Shown here in pieces: positions 16,753 through 27,500 of a stretch of 64,000 nt of DNA. Positions within the stretch are counted from its first letter, which is position 1; each line of letters opens with the position of its first letter. The notes below the pieces were generated by a model. The model was given only the letters and a program-made list of their open reading frames with translations, searched no databases and was not told where the DNA came from. The position numbers and the translations under genes were made by a program. The stretch is from sequence record NC_022096.1, one strand, 5' to 3'.

Positions 16753-17748
16753 ATGCAACTACAACCAAAATCTATCGACAGTAGCCAGAATGTCATCGAC
16801 ATTCGCAAGGCACGCAACGCCAATGAGCTTATAACGGTCATTGGCCGTATCAACACAGCATTACGGCAACAGCAATCCCAACACAAGACAGAGCGCACCA
16901 AAGTGAAATTTGGTCCTATGTCGAAGCTGTATGACGGCCTTCGTTGGGTGCTGCAAACACAAGGCGAACTGCTGGCTGCGTCTACCGTAGCTCAGAGCCT
17001 GAACGATGCTAAGCGCGAGCGCTGTGTTACTGCGTTGGATCACCTGAACGCCGACGTGCTCGCATTGAAGCGATCCCTGATTTCCCGCATCAACGCCGCA
17101 TCGAAGCCTATGGTCAGCGAGAAGCTTGGCCAGTATGCCGATGCCGTTCACGACTTTCTGCGTCCGCTGTGTGAGAAGTTGTACTCCATCAGCATGTACG
17201 ACGATTCCACGACCTACGTGGCATTCATCGCTCGGAACGTACAGACGGAAGGTTTTACCTCGCCGGAAGTGTGCTTGAAGCTGTCCGAGCGTGATGGTGT
17301 ACTCAAGGTCTCCATCCCGTACAGCCCGTTCGTGGATACTGAACAAGTCCCGCTGACCTCGTTGCGCGACCTGACCTACTTCCTTCAAGGTACGTTGAGC
17401 GTTCGCAAGACGGCTGCTCCGAAGCCGAAAGAAGAAAAGCTGCTACGCATCGAAGGTGTTACCGGAGTCGATGTTACCGATACCTTGAACCTGAATCTGG
17501 ATGCTGCCGTTCGTCCTGCTGACATCAACGGCATTCTGCGATTGGTCATTCCGATGATCCGCAAAGCCTTCTCTCCAGACCAGTTCGAGGTCTTGCATCG
17601 CTTCAACAACCAAAGCGATAAGAAGTGCCTGCAGTTCTGTGTATGCAAGCGCGCAGTTGTAGACCCGAGAGCATTGAGTCGTTTGACCCGCCTGCTGGGT
17701 ATGACCAAATCGCAGATCACTCAAATGACCGAACCGGAGACCCCATGA
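16753..17748 (+). CDS. hypothetical protein
   Basis: 331-aa ORF after terminator and class B motif. Confidence 0.7.
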   Translation: MQLQPKSIDSSQNVIDIRKARNANELITVIGRINTALRQQQSQHKTERTKVKFGPMSKLYDGLRWVLQTQGELLAASTVAQSLNDAKRERCVTALDHLNADVLALKRSLISRINAASKPMVSEKLGQYADAVHDFLRPLCEKLYSISMYDDSTTYVAFIARNVQTEGFTSPEVCLKLSERDGVLKVSIPYSPFVDTEQVPLTSLRDLTYFLQGTLSVRKTAAPKPKEEKLLRIEGVTGVDVTDTLNLNLDAAVRPADINGILRLVIPMIRKAFSPDQFEVLHRFNNQSDKKCLQFCVCKRAVVDPRALSRLTRLLGMTKSQITQMTEPETP

Positions 17749-18788
17749 AACATCTCGAAAAATTGACCGAGGAACAACTGCTGGAGCACGCCAAGAAGCA
17801 GATGCCTCTGTATCGCCGCCTTCTGGCTCGCGCCACTTCCTTCCTCGGTGGGTTGTTCGGCAAGGGCCGCCAAGTGGCTACTGCCGCAGACGTTCAGATC
17901 AGCGTTGACGGCATGGGCGGTCGCCAAGTCGGTAAGCTCACCCTGAGCAACTTCAAGGCACCCAGCTTCAACAAGCTCAAGTCGCACGTCACTGCGCTAC
18001 AGGAAAGCGACGCCATCGACGAGCTGGACTATATCGTCAGCCGTCTGGCCAAGAGCGAAAATACCAAGATGAAGGCCGAGGCCAAGCGCATGTTGCCCAT
18101 GCTGGTAGCGATGCAAGAGGCCTTCAATGATGCGCATGAAGCGCTGGAGTCCATTGCGGACAAGCACTTGCCTGCCGAAGTAGGCAATGTATTCCAAGCG
18201 GCCGACAAGCATGTCACCGAGTTCATGCGTGAATATACCGGTGACGCCAAAGTCGAAGTCCCGGCGAACGTGTTGGTTGGTGCCGAAGACGACCACATCG
18301 ACTTCGTGCAATACTTTGAACTCACCGAGTTCGTCGAGCAGCGCATCTACCTGATGGTCACCTGTTCGCTGACCGCCGTGGGTAATGAGTACGTCATGTC
18401 CACGCACGTTACCTCGCAGGATCGCTTCCAAGGCCCTATGAGCTACGACATCGGCGAGGCGACACAAGACGTCGGCAAGGCCATGCGCCAAGAGCTGGCT
18501 GTTCAAGGTGTGATCGTCACGACCGGCGCCATCAAGCTCAAGGTGGACGAGAAGCGCGTCACCAATGCGCTCAAGCGCCTCCCATTCGTTACCGACGTTA
18601 AGGTAGCACCGAAAGCCATCAACGTCTGGGTGAAGGGCAACAAGCGCACGCACGATCAGGAGAAGGAAATCTTTGCGATTATCTCCTCCGATTCCGACGT
18701 CCGCACTCAGTTGGGCCGCAGTCGCCGCCTGGTGAGCAACTTCACCGAAGACAAGCACTGGCAGTTCACCGTCACCGCCCGGGGCTGA
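17745..18788 (+). CDS. hypothetical protein
   Basis: ATGA overlap with the upstream stop; GGAG RBS. Confidence 0.72.
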   Translation: MKHLEKLTEEQLLEHAKKQMPLYRRLLARATSFLGGLFGKGRQVATAADVQISVDGMGGRQVGKLTLSNFKAPSFNKLKSHVTALQESDAIDELDYIVSRLAKSENTKMKAEAKRMLPMLVAMQEAFNDAHEALESIADKHLPAEVGNVFQAADKHVTEFMREYTGDAKVEVPANVLVGAEDDHIDFVQYFELTEFVEQRIYLMVTCSLTAVGNEYVMSTHVTSQDRFQGPMSYDIGEATQDVGKAMRQELAVQGVIVTTGAIKLKVDEKRVTNALKRLPFVTDVKVAPKAINVWVKGNKRTHDQEKEIFAIISSDSDVRTQLGRSRRLVSNFTEDKHWQFTVTARG

Positions 18789-18790
18789 CC

Positions 18791-19720
18791 ATGTACCAAT
18801 ACTTCCATGACCCGTTGTCGTTTCGGCTGTCAACGTGGCCGTGGGGTGGTGCGTCTTACATCAAGACGTTCAACTACCGCGTCCACAACATCCTGTTCAA
18901 ACCGCTGCTGGACTATCTCGCCGCTGAGCTGGACAAGAGCCCGACACTGAAAGTACGCAAGACCACGTTCACTCTGGTCAACGTCTACAGCGGGTTCACG
19001 GATATGAGCTACGGCTCAGGGCCTGCGCCGTATCGTTCCATTCGACGCGGTCCAATCGTTTTCACGTTCGCCATGACACGTCGCGAGGGAGGCTTCCAAT
19101 TCCCTCGCCACGTTATTTGGAACACAGGACACACCGCGCTCTGGGGTCCGAACCTGCAACGCGGACACGACTACCTGTCGATCAGCGTGCCGATCAACAT
19201 TGCCATGCAGTGTCGGTTGAACAACACGCTGCGCACGCAGATGGAGTGGCTGTACAAAATCGTTGGAGGCTGGAGCAAGTCGTATGCGATGAGCCGTGAT
19301 TCATTCACGCTGCGCAGCGACAGCAACAAGCTCACGCATGACCAGTTGTACTTCCGAACCATTCCGAAGACCATGTGGATGTTCCCGTGGCAGGACTGGA
19401 AGTACGTTCGAGAGTTCTGGGATCGCGGCGCCGATGTGCTGAATCTGGACAACCTGGACGTGCAGTTCGTGGATTACTTCTTGTCGTACCTGACACGGTA
19501 CTTCAACAAGGTCGACGACCCGAACGTGAAGCCTGCCTTTGAGTTCATCGAGCAGACCGTACGTTCCGGTATTCTGGATTGCGTACAGCGCACTTCGAGT
19601 GACCTGTCACGTCTGGTTGAACCGTACATCCCAATCGACATCAAGACACAGATGGTACAAGGCGAAGCGACCGATGTCGAATCGCTTGTTCGTGCCATTT
19701 GCAATGGGGACACCAAATGA
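18791..19720 (+). CDS. hypothetical protein
   Basis: 309-aa ORF, tight spacing. Confidence 0.7.
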   Translation: MYQYFHDPLSFRLSTWPWGGASYIKTFNYRVHNILFKPLLDYLAAELDKSPTLKVRKTTFTLVNVYSGFTDMSYGSGPAPYRSIRRGPIVFTFAMTRREGGFQFPRHVIWNTGHTALWGPNLQRGHDYLSISVPINIAMQCRLNNTLRTQMEWLYKIVGGWSKSYAMSRDSFTLRSDSNKLTHDQLYFRTIPKTMWMFPWQDWKYVREFWDRGADVLNLDNLDVQFVDYFLSYLTRYFNKVDDPNVKPAFEFIEQTVRSGILDCVQRTSSDLSRLVEPYIPIDIKTQMVQGEATDVESLVRAICNGDTK

Positions 19721-20937
19721 GTTCCGTCCATAAGTGTGTCGAGGGTACCAACCTGGCCGTGATCGATGTCATCTTGGATGAGTTCGATCAGCCAGTCCAT
19801 CCTGCAGATAACGTCGCAGGCCCTCGCGTCCGTGTTTACGATACGGACAAATCAGTCATCTGCGAAGTCATCGCAACTGTCGATCCGAGCGAGCCCGGTG
19901 CTTGGCGTGCCGACCTCGCCATCCCCAAGATGGGGCTCAAGGATCGTGTTGATCTGCGCTGCGTGTGGCACCTGCGAGGCAACGACGGTGAGTCGTACAA
20001 GTCCACGCACGTCCTGCAGGTAAGTCCACAGACGGATGAGCGCACTGGCGACGTTATCGCCATGTACTCCCGCGATATGCACCTGACTGTGGCTCTGCCG
20101 TTCTCGTTCGATCCCGGCAAACCAAAGCAGCCTGCAAATCCTCAGAAAGGGCTGCCTGCTGTTCCAGGACGTCCCGGCGATATGCTGACCTTCAGCCTGT
20201 ATCGGAACAACGAACCTCTCATGGTCGATCTTCCGTTCAGCGATCCTGCCGTTGCGTATGAGCAATATGCGGACAAGACCGTTGTTCGGGTGCCGAACGT
20301 GGCTGGGTTGGCAAAGCTGGAGCCGCTGCTGTTGTACGTCCAGCACACCCGGAAAGATGCGTTCACTCCGACGATGTACACGTTCAAGGTGTGGATCATC
20401 ACGCCGCAAGTCCTAGTGGCCGCCAACAGCCTTGAGCAGTTCATCAACAAGGCGCGGGTGCAGAACGTGATCCCAGAGCTGGAGTACACGCAGAGCGACC
20501 TGTTGGAGTATCTGGCCCGCGGCTTGAACCTGTTCAACATGTTCCCACCGCAGCTCACTGCGTTCAACGGTACCAACATGCAGGGCCTGATCTACGACTG
20601 CTGGTTGCAGTGCAGTTCGTACTACGCTCTGGCTGCGCAGCTCCAAGCTGAAGGTGCCCTTGCGTTCGACTTCTCCGGTCAGAGCGTGTCGCTGAACGTG
20701 GATCGCACTCCCGCCATTGAGTCGGCCCTGGGTCGCGTGGAACAAGGCATCGAGCAGTATGTCAAACCCGCCAAGAAGCTGCTGGCTCGTGCAGGTGTCA
20801 ACTCTGGTGATGGTTCGCAAGGTGGCAAGTTCATCGATGGCAGTTCGCAGATCGGCGCTGTCGGACTTATCAACGCTCCGACTACACGTCTTCCATGGAC
20901 TGGTCGTGGCGCTACGTGGAGCCGCGGCTTCTTGTAA
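19717..20937 (+). CDS. hypothetical protein, possibly a virion neck/adaptor protein
   Basis: ATGA overlap; LEYLARGLNLFNMFPP segment loosely recalls phage neck proteins (weak inference). Confidence 0.55.
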   Translation: MSSVHKCVEGTNLAVIDVILDEFDQPVHPADNVAGPRVRVYDTDKSVICEVIATVDPSEPGAWRADLAIPKMGLKDRVDLRCVWHLRGNDGESYKSTHVLQVSPQTDERTGDVIAMYSRDMHLTVALPFSFDPGKPKQPANPQKGLPAVPGRPGDMLTFSLYRNNEPLMVDLPFSDPAVAYEQYADKTVVRVPNVAGLAKLEPLLLYVQHTRKDAFTPTMYTFKVWIITPQVLVAANSLEQFINKARVQNVIPELEYTQSDLLEYLARGLNLFNMFPPQLTAFNGTNMQGLIYDCWLQCSSYYALAAQLQAEGALAFDFSGQSVSLNVDRTPAIESALGRVEQGIEQYVKPAKKLLARAGVNSGDGSQGGKFIDGSSQIGAVGLINAPTTRLPWTGRGATWSRGFL

Positions 20938-20955
20938 TTTCATGTGGAGAGCAAC

Positions 20956-21396
20956 ATGACGCAACTCACGCAAAACTTCACGCTCGCCGAGTTCGAGCGC
21001 TCCGACACTGCACGCGCACAAGGGATCGACAACTCCGTCCCCAAGGCGTTGCTTCCCAATGTTCAGCGCCTCGCCGAGTTCCTGCAGGAACTGCGTGATG
21101 CTCTGGGCAAGCGTATCATCATCAGCTCCGGCTATCGTGGTGACGCGCTGAATCGCATGGTTGGTGGTGTCACGTCCTCTGCGCACACGCAGGGTCTGGC
21201 TGCCGACATCAGCGTTCCGGGCATGAGCCCTGAGGAGCTGTTCCAGGCGATCATCAAACTGGACCTCGGTTATGACCAAGTGATCCAGGAGTTCGACAAA
21301 TGGGTCCACGTCGGCCTGAGCGTCGGCAAACCGCGCAAGCAGCGTCTTCGCGCAACGAAAAACTCGGCCAAGAAAACGGTCTACACTCAAGTCTAA
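20956..21396 (+). CDS. peptidase M15A family endolysin-like peptidase
   Basis: NFTLAEF, SSGYRG, SAHTQGLAADI, YDQVIQEF..WVHVG; GGAG RBS. Confidence 0.85.
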   Translation: MTQLTQNFTLAEFERSDTARAQGIDNSVPKALLPNVQRLAEFLQELRDALGKRIIISSGYRGDALNRMVGGVTSSAHTQGLAADISVPGMSPEELFQAIIKLDLGYDQVIQEFDKWVHVGLSVGKPRKQRLRATKNSAKKTVYTQV

Positions 21397-21408
21397 ACGG
21401 AGACACTC

Positions 21409-22269
21409 ATGTCCAGTTTCGAGCATACTCGCCAGAACGTGACTCAGGCGCTGCGCAACCTGCAAGCCGAAGGCCCGTCCTTCCAAGTCCAGCGCGTCAC
21501 TCCCATCGGCGACAAGTTCGCCCGCATCCTCGGCACCATCACCGCCAGCGCCAGCCCGGAAGCCGTGCGTAACGCCGTCTCCAAGCTCAGCAACAAGGTC
21601 GTGCCTGTTGAGGGCAGCTTCGCAGCCATCGCCTCCAACGGCATCACCCAGACCGTCGAAGGTATCGTCGGTGTGCTGGAGCAGCGTGTAGTTCTCGACG
21701 AGAGCAACGCCAGCGGCTTCACTGCCATTGCCAACACCAACATGTACATGGACTCCGAAGAGCGCCTGTGGAGCCTGAACAAGACCGACGCCGGCGACAT
21801 CCTGATCAAGTCCCACGCGGGCGACGATCTGGAGATCATGAACAGCCTCATGGCCTGTGTCGCTTCCAACAGCGTCGGCATTCAGGAATCCATCCCTGCC
21901 AGTGATCGCGTCGCTCAACAGCGTATCGGTCTGCAAGGTGGTGACCTGATGGCGTATGTCAGCCCGTCGCTCGGTCGTACCGTCATGGGCTTCGCTGTCG
22001 CCAGCGTGGATGACGCTCACGGCAACGACACCGGCCTGCTGGCTGTGATCGACCGCGATGGTAACGTCGAGCAGGTGCACCGTGATCTGGTTATCGCCTC
22101 GGTGGCCAGCAACGACATCGAGTTCGACGACACTACCGAGATGGAAGCCGTCGCTGCTGGGAACTTCTCGCTGGAGTTCATCGCTGACTACTACCGCAAG
22201 ATGTTCATCCGCAGTCCGGAATACTTCGACAAGTTCTGGGCTCGCTTCAAGAGCCACGCTTTCATGTAA
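21409..22269 (+). CDS. hypothetical protein, possibly virion-associated
   Basis: 286-aa ORF with strong codon bias, GGAG RBS and a downstream terminator. Confidence 0.7.
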   Translation: MSSFEHTRQNVTQALRNLQAEGPSFQVQRVTPIGDKFARILGTITASASPEAVRNAVSKLSNKVVPVEGSFAAIASNGITQTVEGIVGVLEQRVVLDESNASGFTAIANTNMYMDSEERLWSLNKTDAGDILIKSHAGDDLEIMNSLMACVASNSVGIQESIPASDRVAQQRIGLQGGDLMAYVSPSLGRTVMGFAVASVDDAHGNDTGLLAVIDRDGNVEQVHRDLVIASVASNDIEFDDTTEMEAVAAGNFSLEFIADYYRKMFIRSPEYFDKFWARFKSHAFM

Positions 22270-22296
22270 TCTGTGGCGCCATCCAGTAGTGAAGGA

Positions 22297-22322
22297 GGGG
22301 TGCCTTAGGGTGCCCCTTTTTT
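22297..22322 (+). terminator. rho-independent terminator
   Basis: GGGGTGCC-TTAG-GGTGCCCC-TTTTTT (two G-U pairs). Confidence 0.8.
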
Positions 22323-22333
22323 AGGTCCGCGAT

Positions 22334-23146
22334 ATGCCAAAACTCAAGACGAAAACCAAAGGTGATCGACGCATAGACGTTAGCGGCGTTGACGTTGATG
22401 AGCGCGGTCGCCTCAGAAACAAGGATGTGCCAGATGACGCACGCCGTAGTTCTGGCGTGAAGAAAAAGAAACGCACGGATGACAGGAAGGCAAAACTCGC
22501 AACTCTGTCTGAGGAAGAACCCAAGAAGCGCAAGAAGAAACGCGCTCTGGATGAGGATGAACTTCCGAAGAAGAAAAAGCTGAAACAGGCTACGCTATCC
22601 ACTGAGGAGAAGCGAGCCAAGAAGAAGGACAAGCTGGAGCGAGAGCCCGCAACATCGAAGCAGCTTGCCAAGATGGAGCGACGCAAAGCTAAGCTGCTGG
22701 ACGACCTCGAAACTCTGCCGGTACCATCCGATCACGGAGACGAGTTCGATCACCAGTATCGCGGCATGTTCGATAACCTGCGGACCATCACGGCACTCTT
22801 CGAGGAGAAGATGCTGTCGAATCCAACGGGTCGTGACGTGTACGCCCTCTCCACGCTTTACTCGCAGATGCGAGAGGTGATTGCGGACATCCGTTCCGCG
22901 AAGGACGTAACCTCTCAAATTCATGAGCTGGAGTCCAAGGCCTATTCTTCGTTCCTGACCATGGTTGGCCAGACGTATATCGACACCTTCTTCAAGATGC
23001 AGAAGGACATCCGCATGTACGTCAAGGACACTGATGCCCAGTCGCAGCTCATCGCCTCGTTGCAGGGCGTTTGCAAAGACCAGGCAGACAAAATCCAGAT
23101 CGGTTACGGCGCAATGCTAGACCGTGTCCGTACGGTACTGATGTGA
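22334..23146 (+). CDS. hypothetical protein with Lys/Arg-rich N-terminal half
   Basis: 270-aa ORF; predicted-helical C-terminal half. Confidence 0.7.
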   Translation: MPKLKTKTKGDRRIDVSGVDVDERGRLRNKDVPDDARRSSGVKKKKRTDDRKAKLATLSEEEPKKRKKKRALDEDELPKKKKLKQATLSTEEKRAKKKDKLEREPATSKQLAKMERRKAKLLDDLETLPVPSDHGDEFDHQYRGMFDNLRTITALFEEKMLSNPTGRDVYALSTLYSQMREVIADIRSAKDVTSQIHELESKAYSSFLTMVGQTYIDTFFKMQKDIRMYVKDTDAQSQLIASLQGVCKDQADKIQIGYGAMLDRVRTVLM

Positions 23147-23520
23147 TGAAACGACCCAAGGTCCACAAGTCGAAAGCGCGCCTCGTAACCGGCCCCAAGA
23201 AAGTAGGGACCGTTGCCAAGATACGCCGCACCAAAACGCAAGCGTACGGTGATCGGTGGACCTGGGCTGCGATGTGCGCCGAAGTAAAACGTCGTGCCGG
23301 ACATAAGTGCCAGAAGTGCGGTCGACCCGAATCCGAATACGGACTGCAGGTTGATCACATTGTCGAAGTTTCGCGCGGTGGGCAGACGGCCTTCTACAAC
23401 CTGAGGGCCCTATGTCCCATCTGTCACGCGAACCGACCCAGCCACAAATCCGCCAAGAATCTCATCCTACATGAAGCTAAGAATCGTGACCAACGTCGAG
23501 TTTCCAAGGGACGTAAGTGA
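23146..23520 (+). CDS. HNH endonuclease
   Basis: CQKCG...VDHIVEVSRGG...NLRALCPICH; TGATG overlap with the upstream stop. Confidence 0.88.
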   Translation: MKRPKVHKSKARLVTGPKKVGTVAKIRRTKTQAYGDRWTWAAMCAEVKRRAGHKCQKCGRPESEYGLQVDHIVEVSRGGQTAFYNLRALCPICHANRPSHKSAKNLILHEAKNRDQRRVSKGRK

Positions 23521-24154
23521 AGACTACCGTCCTGTATGGGATGCGTTCCTTAAGATGCGTGCCGTTACTCAGCTTCGGATGTTTGAGAATGCGGAGACGG
23601 CCGTACCGGAATGCTTTCGTTTGTTAATCAACCAGACTGGCGCCAAAGTCAAGCTGCTCCATACTGTAAAAGAGTGTATGCCGCTCGCCAAGCCCATCAA
23701 ACGCCTGAAGGATTTTCTTCGCAAAGGCGACGTGTTGGGTCACATGCGAATCGTGCGGCATTCGCAGTCTATGCGGTACCAAGAAGCTGGCTCTGTTTGC
23801 GCCCTCTATAACCCTGTCTTCCAGGGTATTGTCGTTTTACGGCCGATGCGATTCGACCTGAACTACATGGTCAACCGCATGCAGGGCTTGTTGTTCAAGC
23901 ACGTGCCGTACCAGATCAGCGACAAGATGCCGAACGGCAACCCGAAGAAGCAGAAGAAATTCGGTGCACTGCGCGACGCTGATTATGCGACCGTGCTTAG
24001 TACCACGGACCTCGTCGTCTACATGGCGCGAACCGAGAACGAACTTGTCTTGAAGTACGAAGTCAAGTTGGCAGCCATAGTGCCCCTTTACCAGCGGGTA
24101 GACGTTGCTCTAAAGAGTACATGGCGTAACGCAATCACAGGAGTCTTTGTATGA
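23471..24154 (+). CDS. hypothetical protein
   Basis: 227-aa ORF overlapping the HNH tail by 50 nt. Confidence 0.65.
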   Translation: MKLRIVTNVEFPRDVSEDYRPVWDAFLKMRAVTQLRMFENAETAVPECFRLLINQTGAKVKLLHTVKECMPLAKPIKRLKDFLRKGDVLGHMRIVRHSQSMRYQEAGSVCALYNPVFQGIVVLRPMRFDLNYMVNRMQGLLFKHVPYQISDKMPNGNPKKQKKFGALRDADYATVLSTTDLVVYMARTENELVLKYEVKLAAIVPLYQRVDVALKSTWRNAITGVFV

Positions 24155-24531
24155 GCGGCGATATGGACAATGTCCAACAGAAGCTGCAAGAACTTGCCGA
24201 TGGGCAGTCCAGCCCAGGCACCCTACAGATCATCGACAGTCTCAGCCGAGAGTTGGACAGTGCGCGATCTGAACTGCTGTACGAGCGCATGAGCGATGCT
24301 CAGGACGTGACCGACAAGGAGGTGACCGAGTTCAAGCGCAAAGTCTACGCCTCGCTCAAGACGGAGCGGGCCGCCGACCTTGCAATGCTTTACGGTCGCA
24401 AGTTCTTCGAGGCGCATACTCCTGCCGTGTGTCTGGCAGTAGCGCAGGCCCTCGTTACCATCGCAAACGAGCAGAAGGCCAAGACGCCAAAACTTTGGCA
24501 AGACCTTCTGGAATCTCGTGGTCACATTTGA
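24151..24531 (+). CDS. hypothetical protein
   Basis: ATGA overlap, AGGAG RBS. Confidence 0.7.
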   Translation: MSGDMDNVQQKLQELADGQSSPGTLQIIDSLSRELDSARSELLYERMSDAQDVTDKEVTEFKRKVYASLKTERAADLAMLYGRKFFEAHTPAVCLAVAQALVTIANEQKAKTPKLWQDLLESRGHI

Positions 24532-24540
24532 GGACATATC

Positions 24541-27500
24541 ATGGGCTCTCTGTTTACGCTGAACAGCCTCTCTGCCGCAATCGACGCGGCGGTTGAGGAA
24601 GCATCGAAGACTCCCTTCAAGCGCGAAATCGATGCCATGTACGACGCGCTTGGTGCGTCCCTTTCCGGTGATGCTCCAGAGTACGTTTCGCTGGCTGCCG
24701 GCGCACCCGACCTGGTGAAGTCTTTGCAGCCGGTCTCTCTGGACCCTGAGCTGTATAAGGCTTACAACTCCTTCTTCTACAACAAGCGCCGCGCCTTCCT
24801 GGTCGAACTGTTCGATCAAGTCGCTGACGTTGCCAACTCCGTGAACTGCTTCTTCCTGTTCATGCGGGAAATGCTGCAACAAGGCCGCAGCCTGTTCGCA
24901 GCCGAATCCAATCGTACCGAATGGGATCGTCGCATTCAGGAGCTGGCTGAACGTGCTGTCAAGCAGCGCGATATGCTGCGTCAAGGCGACAAGTCGTCGG
25001 TCAACGAATCGATGTATCGCCTGCTGGGTGCGATGATGCACGGCGACAAGCACTCCATCCGAGCCTCAGAGGTCTACTCTGGCGGTGTCGATGTGATGCT
25101 GGCACGCTCCGCGCGTGACAAGGCACTGATGTGCTCCAACATCCAGTACGGCTATTTCCTGGCGTCCAATACGTCGCAGTTCGGTTATGAGAATGACCGC
25201 ATGCAGGCGTTCATGACAGAGACTTCGCTCAAGGTCAAAGAAGCCGCTCGTGAAATCCTGGAGTACCTGTTCGGCGCCGGCCACGAAGGCAGCAGCTACG
25301 AGCCGTACATGAAGTCGCTCCCGCTGACCACGGACTTCACCGAAATCCAGCGCATCTTCGAGAAGGTTGTGGGCGTCAAGCTGGGCGTCAACTTCTTCCA
25401 CAACATCACCTTCGGCACCGACAGCAAGTCCAAGGCTGAGCAGTTCTGCCGCGCCGTGTTGGTGCTGCACGCAGAGAAGTCGGCCGAAGCTGAACTCTCC
25501 AAGCAGTACAGCCGCGAAATCGCTCGCTCCGACATCGGCCCGGAGGGTTTGCTGTCTGTCGAAGCCCTCGTTAAGCAGCGCGTACAGCAGGACATCACCA
25601 CGGAAGCCGCCCTGCTCAACCGTGTTGTTGGCTCCACAATCGCGTTCACCTTCGACAAGCCCACGGCGCGATTCATCGCACAGGCAGAAGAAACCGAAGA
25701 CCTCAACTTCGCCAACTTCGACTCCTGGTTCAGTCTGTGGAGCACGCAGTTCCTGCGCAAGAAGGGCAGCACTGTCTCCAATGACCTCGTCAAAGGTCGT
25801 GTCAAGCTCGCCAACATCCCGCGCTACGTGCTGCCTGTGTCCAAGCTGGCCCAGATCACCAAGGCGCGTCAACGTCTCGGTATGTCTGTCGAGGCTACCC
25901 GCGCGAACGAAGACGGTCTGTACATCACGCCCCAGGGCACGCTCGCCTATCTGCCGACTGGCGAAGACCGTGACAAGCTGACGGCCATCAACGAGTTCGA
26001 GCGTCTGGGTGCTGCTGTGGCCAAGGTCTGCTCCGACTACGGCATCAACAACAGCATCCTCGCCGAGAGCTACGAGAAGGTTGCCCAGTACGGCATTCCG
26101 CACAGCGTCTACGCTGAGGCAAACGCCAACCTGAAACGCCTGACTGAGTTCCACGACTCCGTGCTGAGCTACGACTGGGACTACGGTCTGCGTGTCTACG
26201 GCTCCGAGCGCCCTGGTCTGGTTCGCTGTGAGGTGCAAATCGGCGCGGTGAAGCCTGATACGCTTACCATCGCTGATTACCTAGGCTATAACATGGCCAA
26301 GGAAGGTGAGGCGCCGTTGCAGAAGACGTTCGCCGACAGTCTGATGTTGATGACGCATGACAACCCGATTGCGTCCGACACGCATCCGCGCGACATCTAC
26401 GGTTCCACCATGGAGCCGGACAAGTTCGTCAAGACCGCCCAGTTCCGTTCGATCTTCGAGACGTATTTCTTCCACGTCTACAAGGGTGAGCTTCCTGGTC
26501 TGCAGGAGCTGGTGAAGCGTGCCATGTCGGAACTCTCCATCGAGAAGCTCGACAAGGAAACTCCGCGCGATCAGGGTCCGCTGTACACTGGTCTGATCAC
26601 CAGTGACGGTACCATGCGCGATGCTGGCCGTAATCAGGAAACTGACATCGAGCTGGCTGAGCGTCTTCTGGCAGCCACTGCGAACGCCACCAGCGGTAAG
26701 AACGGCACTTTCATCGCCCGCGAACTGGGCGAGGATATGCGCGACGCCTCGTACCAGGAAATGCAAGATGCCATTGCCGAGCACGAAGACTTCTTCGTTG
26801 CCGACAAGTCGCCTGCCCACCACTTTGCCCGCCTGTTCAACTTCATCGGCGGTAACGTGTTCAAGCAGATTCTCGACGGCATCAACAGCCTGAGCGTCGA
26901 GCAACTCACCGATGGCTCTCGCAGCCATGAAGTGGTCGAGCGTCTGCCATCTGCCGATGGCGGTCAGCCCATGGACGTGAAGCGCACCATCGTGCGTCCG
27001 AACTCCAATGAGCTGCTGAACACGGTCAAGCCTATCGCCATCATGTTCGGCAAGTACGCGCAGAACTATGAGGCGTTGGAAGCCGAGGCCGAAGAAGCCA
27101 TCAAGTCTATCGAGTACGATCCGGGCGTCGATGTGGAAGACATCCACTTCGCGGGTAGCAAAGAGTCGTTCTCTGTGTTCCCGCACCAGCTGGACACCCA
27201 TCGGTATCTGCGCAAGCCGCAGCCGCCGAAGTTCGCAGTGCTCGACATCAGCCCCGGTGGCGGTAAGACCTCGATCGGCCTCGGCGACATGGCTGCCATC
27301 GTCAAGGATATGCAGGGCTTGGGCAAGAAGATTCGCCCGCTGGTTCTCTGCCCTGATGGTCTGATCCGTAACTGGTGTAATGATATGAAGTCGTTCGCCG
27401 GTGACACCTGGAACATGATCCCGATTGACAAGAACGTGTTCAATCGTTGGGGCGCCGAGCGTCTCCAGCAGGTGATCGAACAGGCTCCGCCGAACACGAT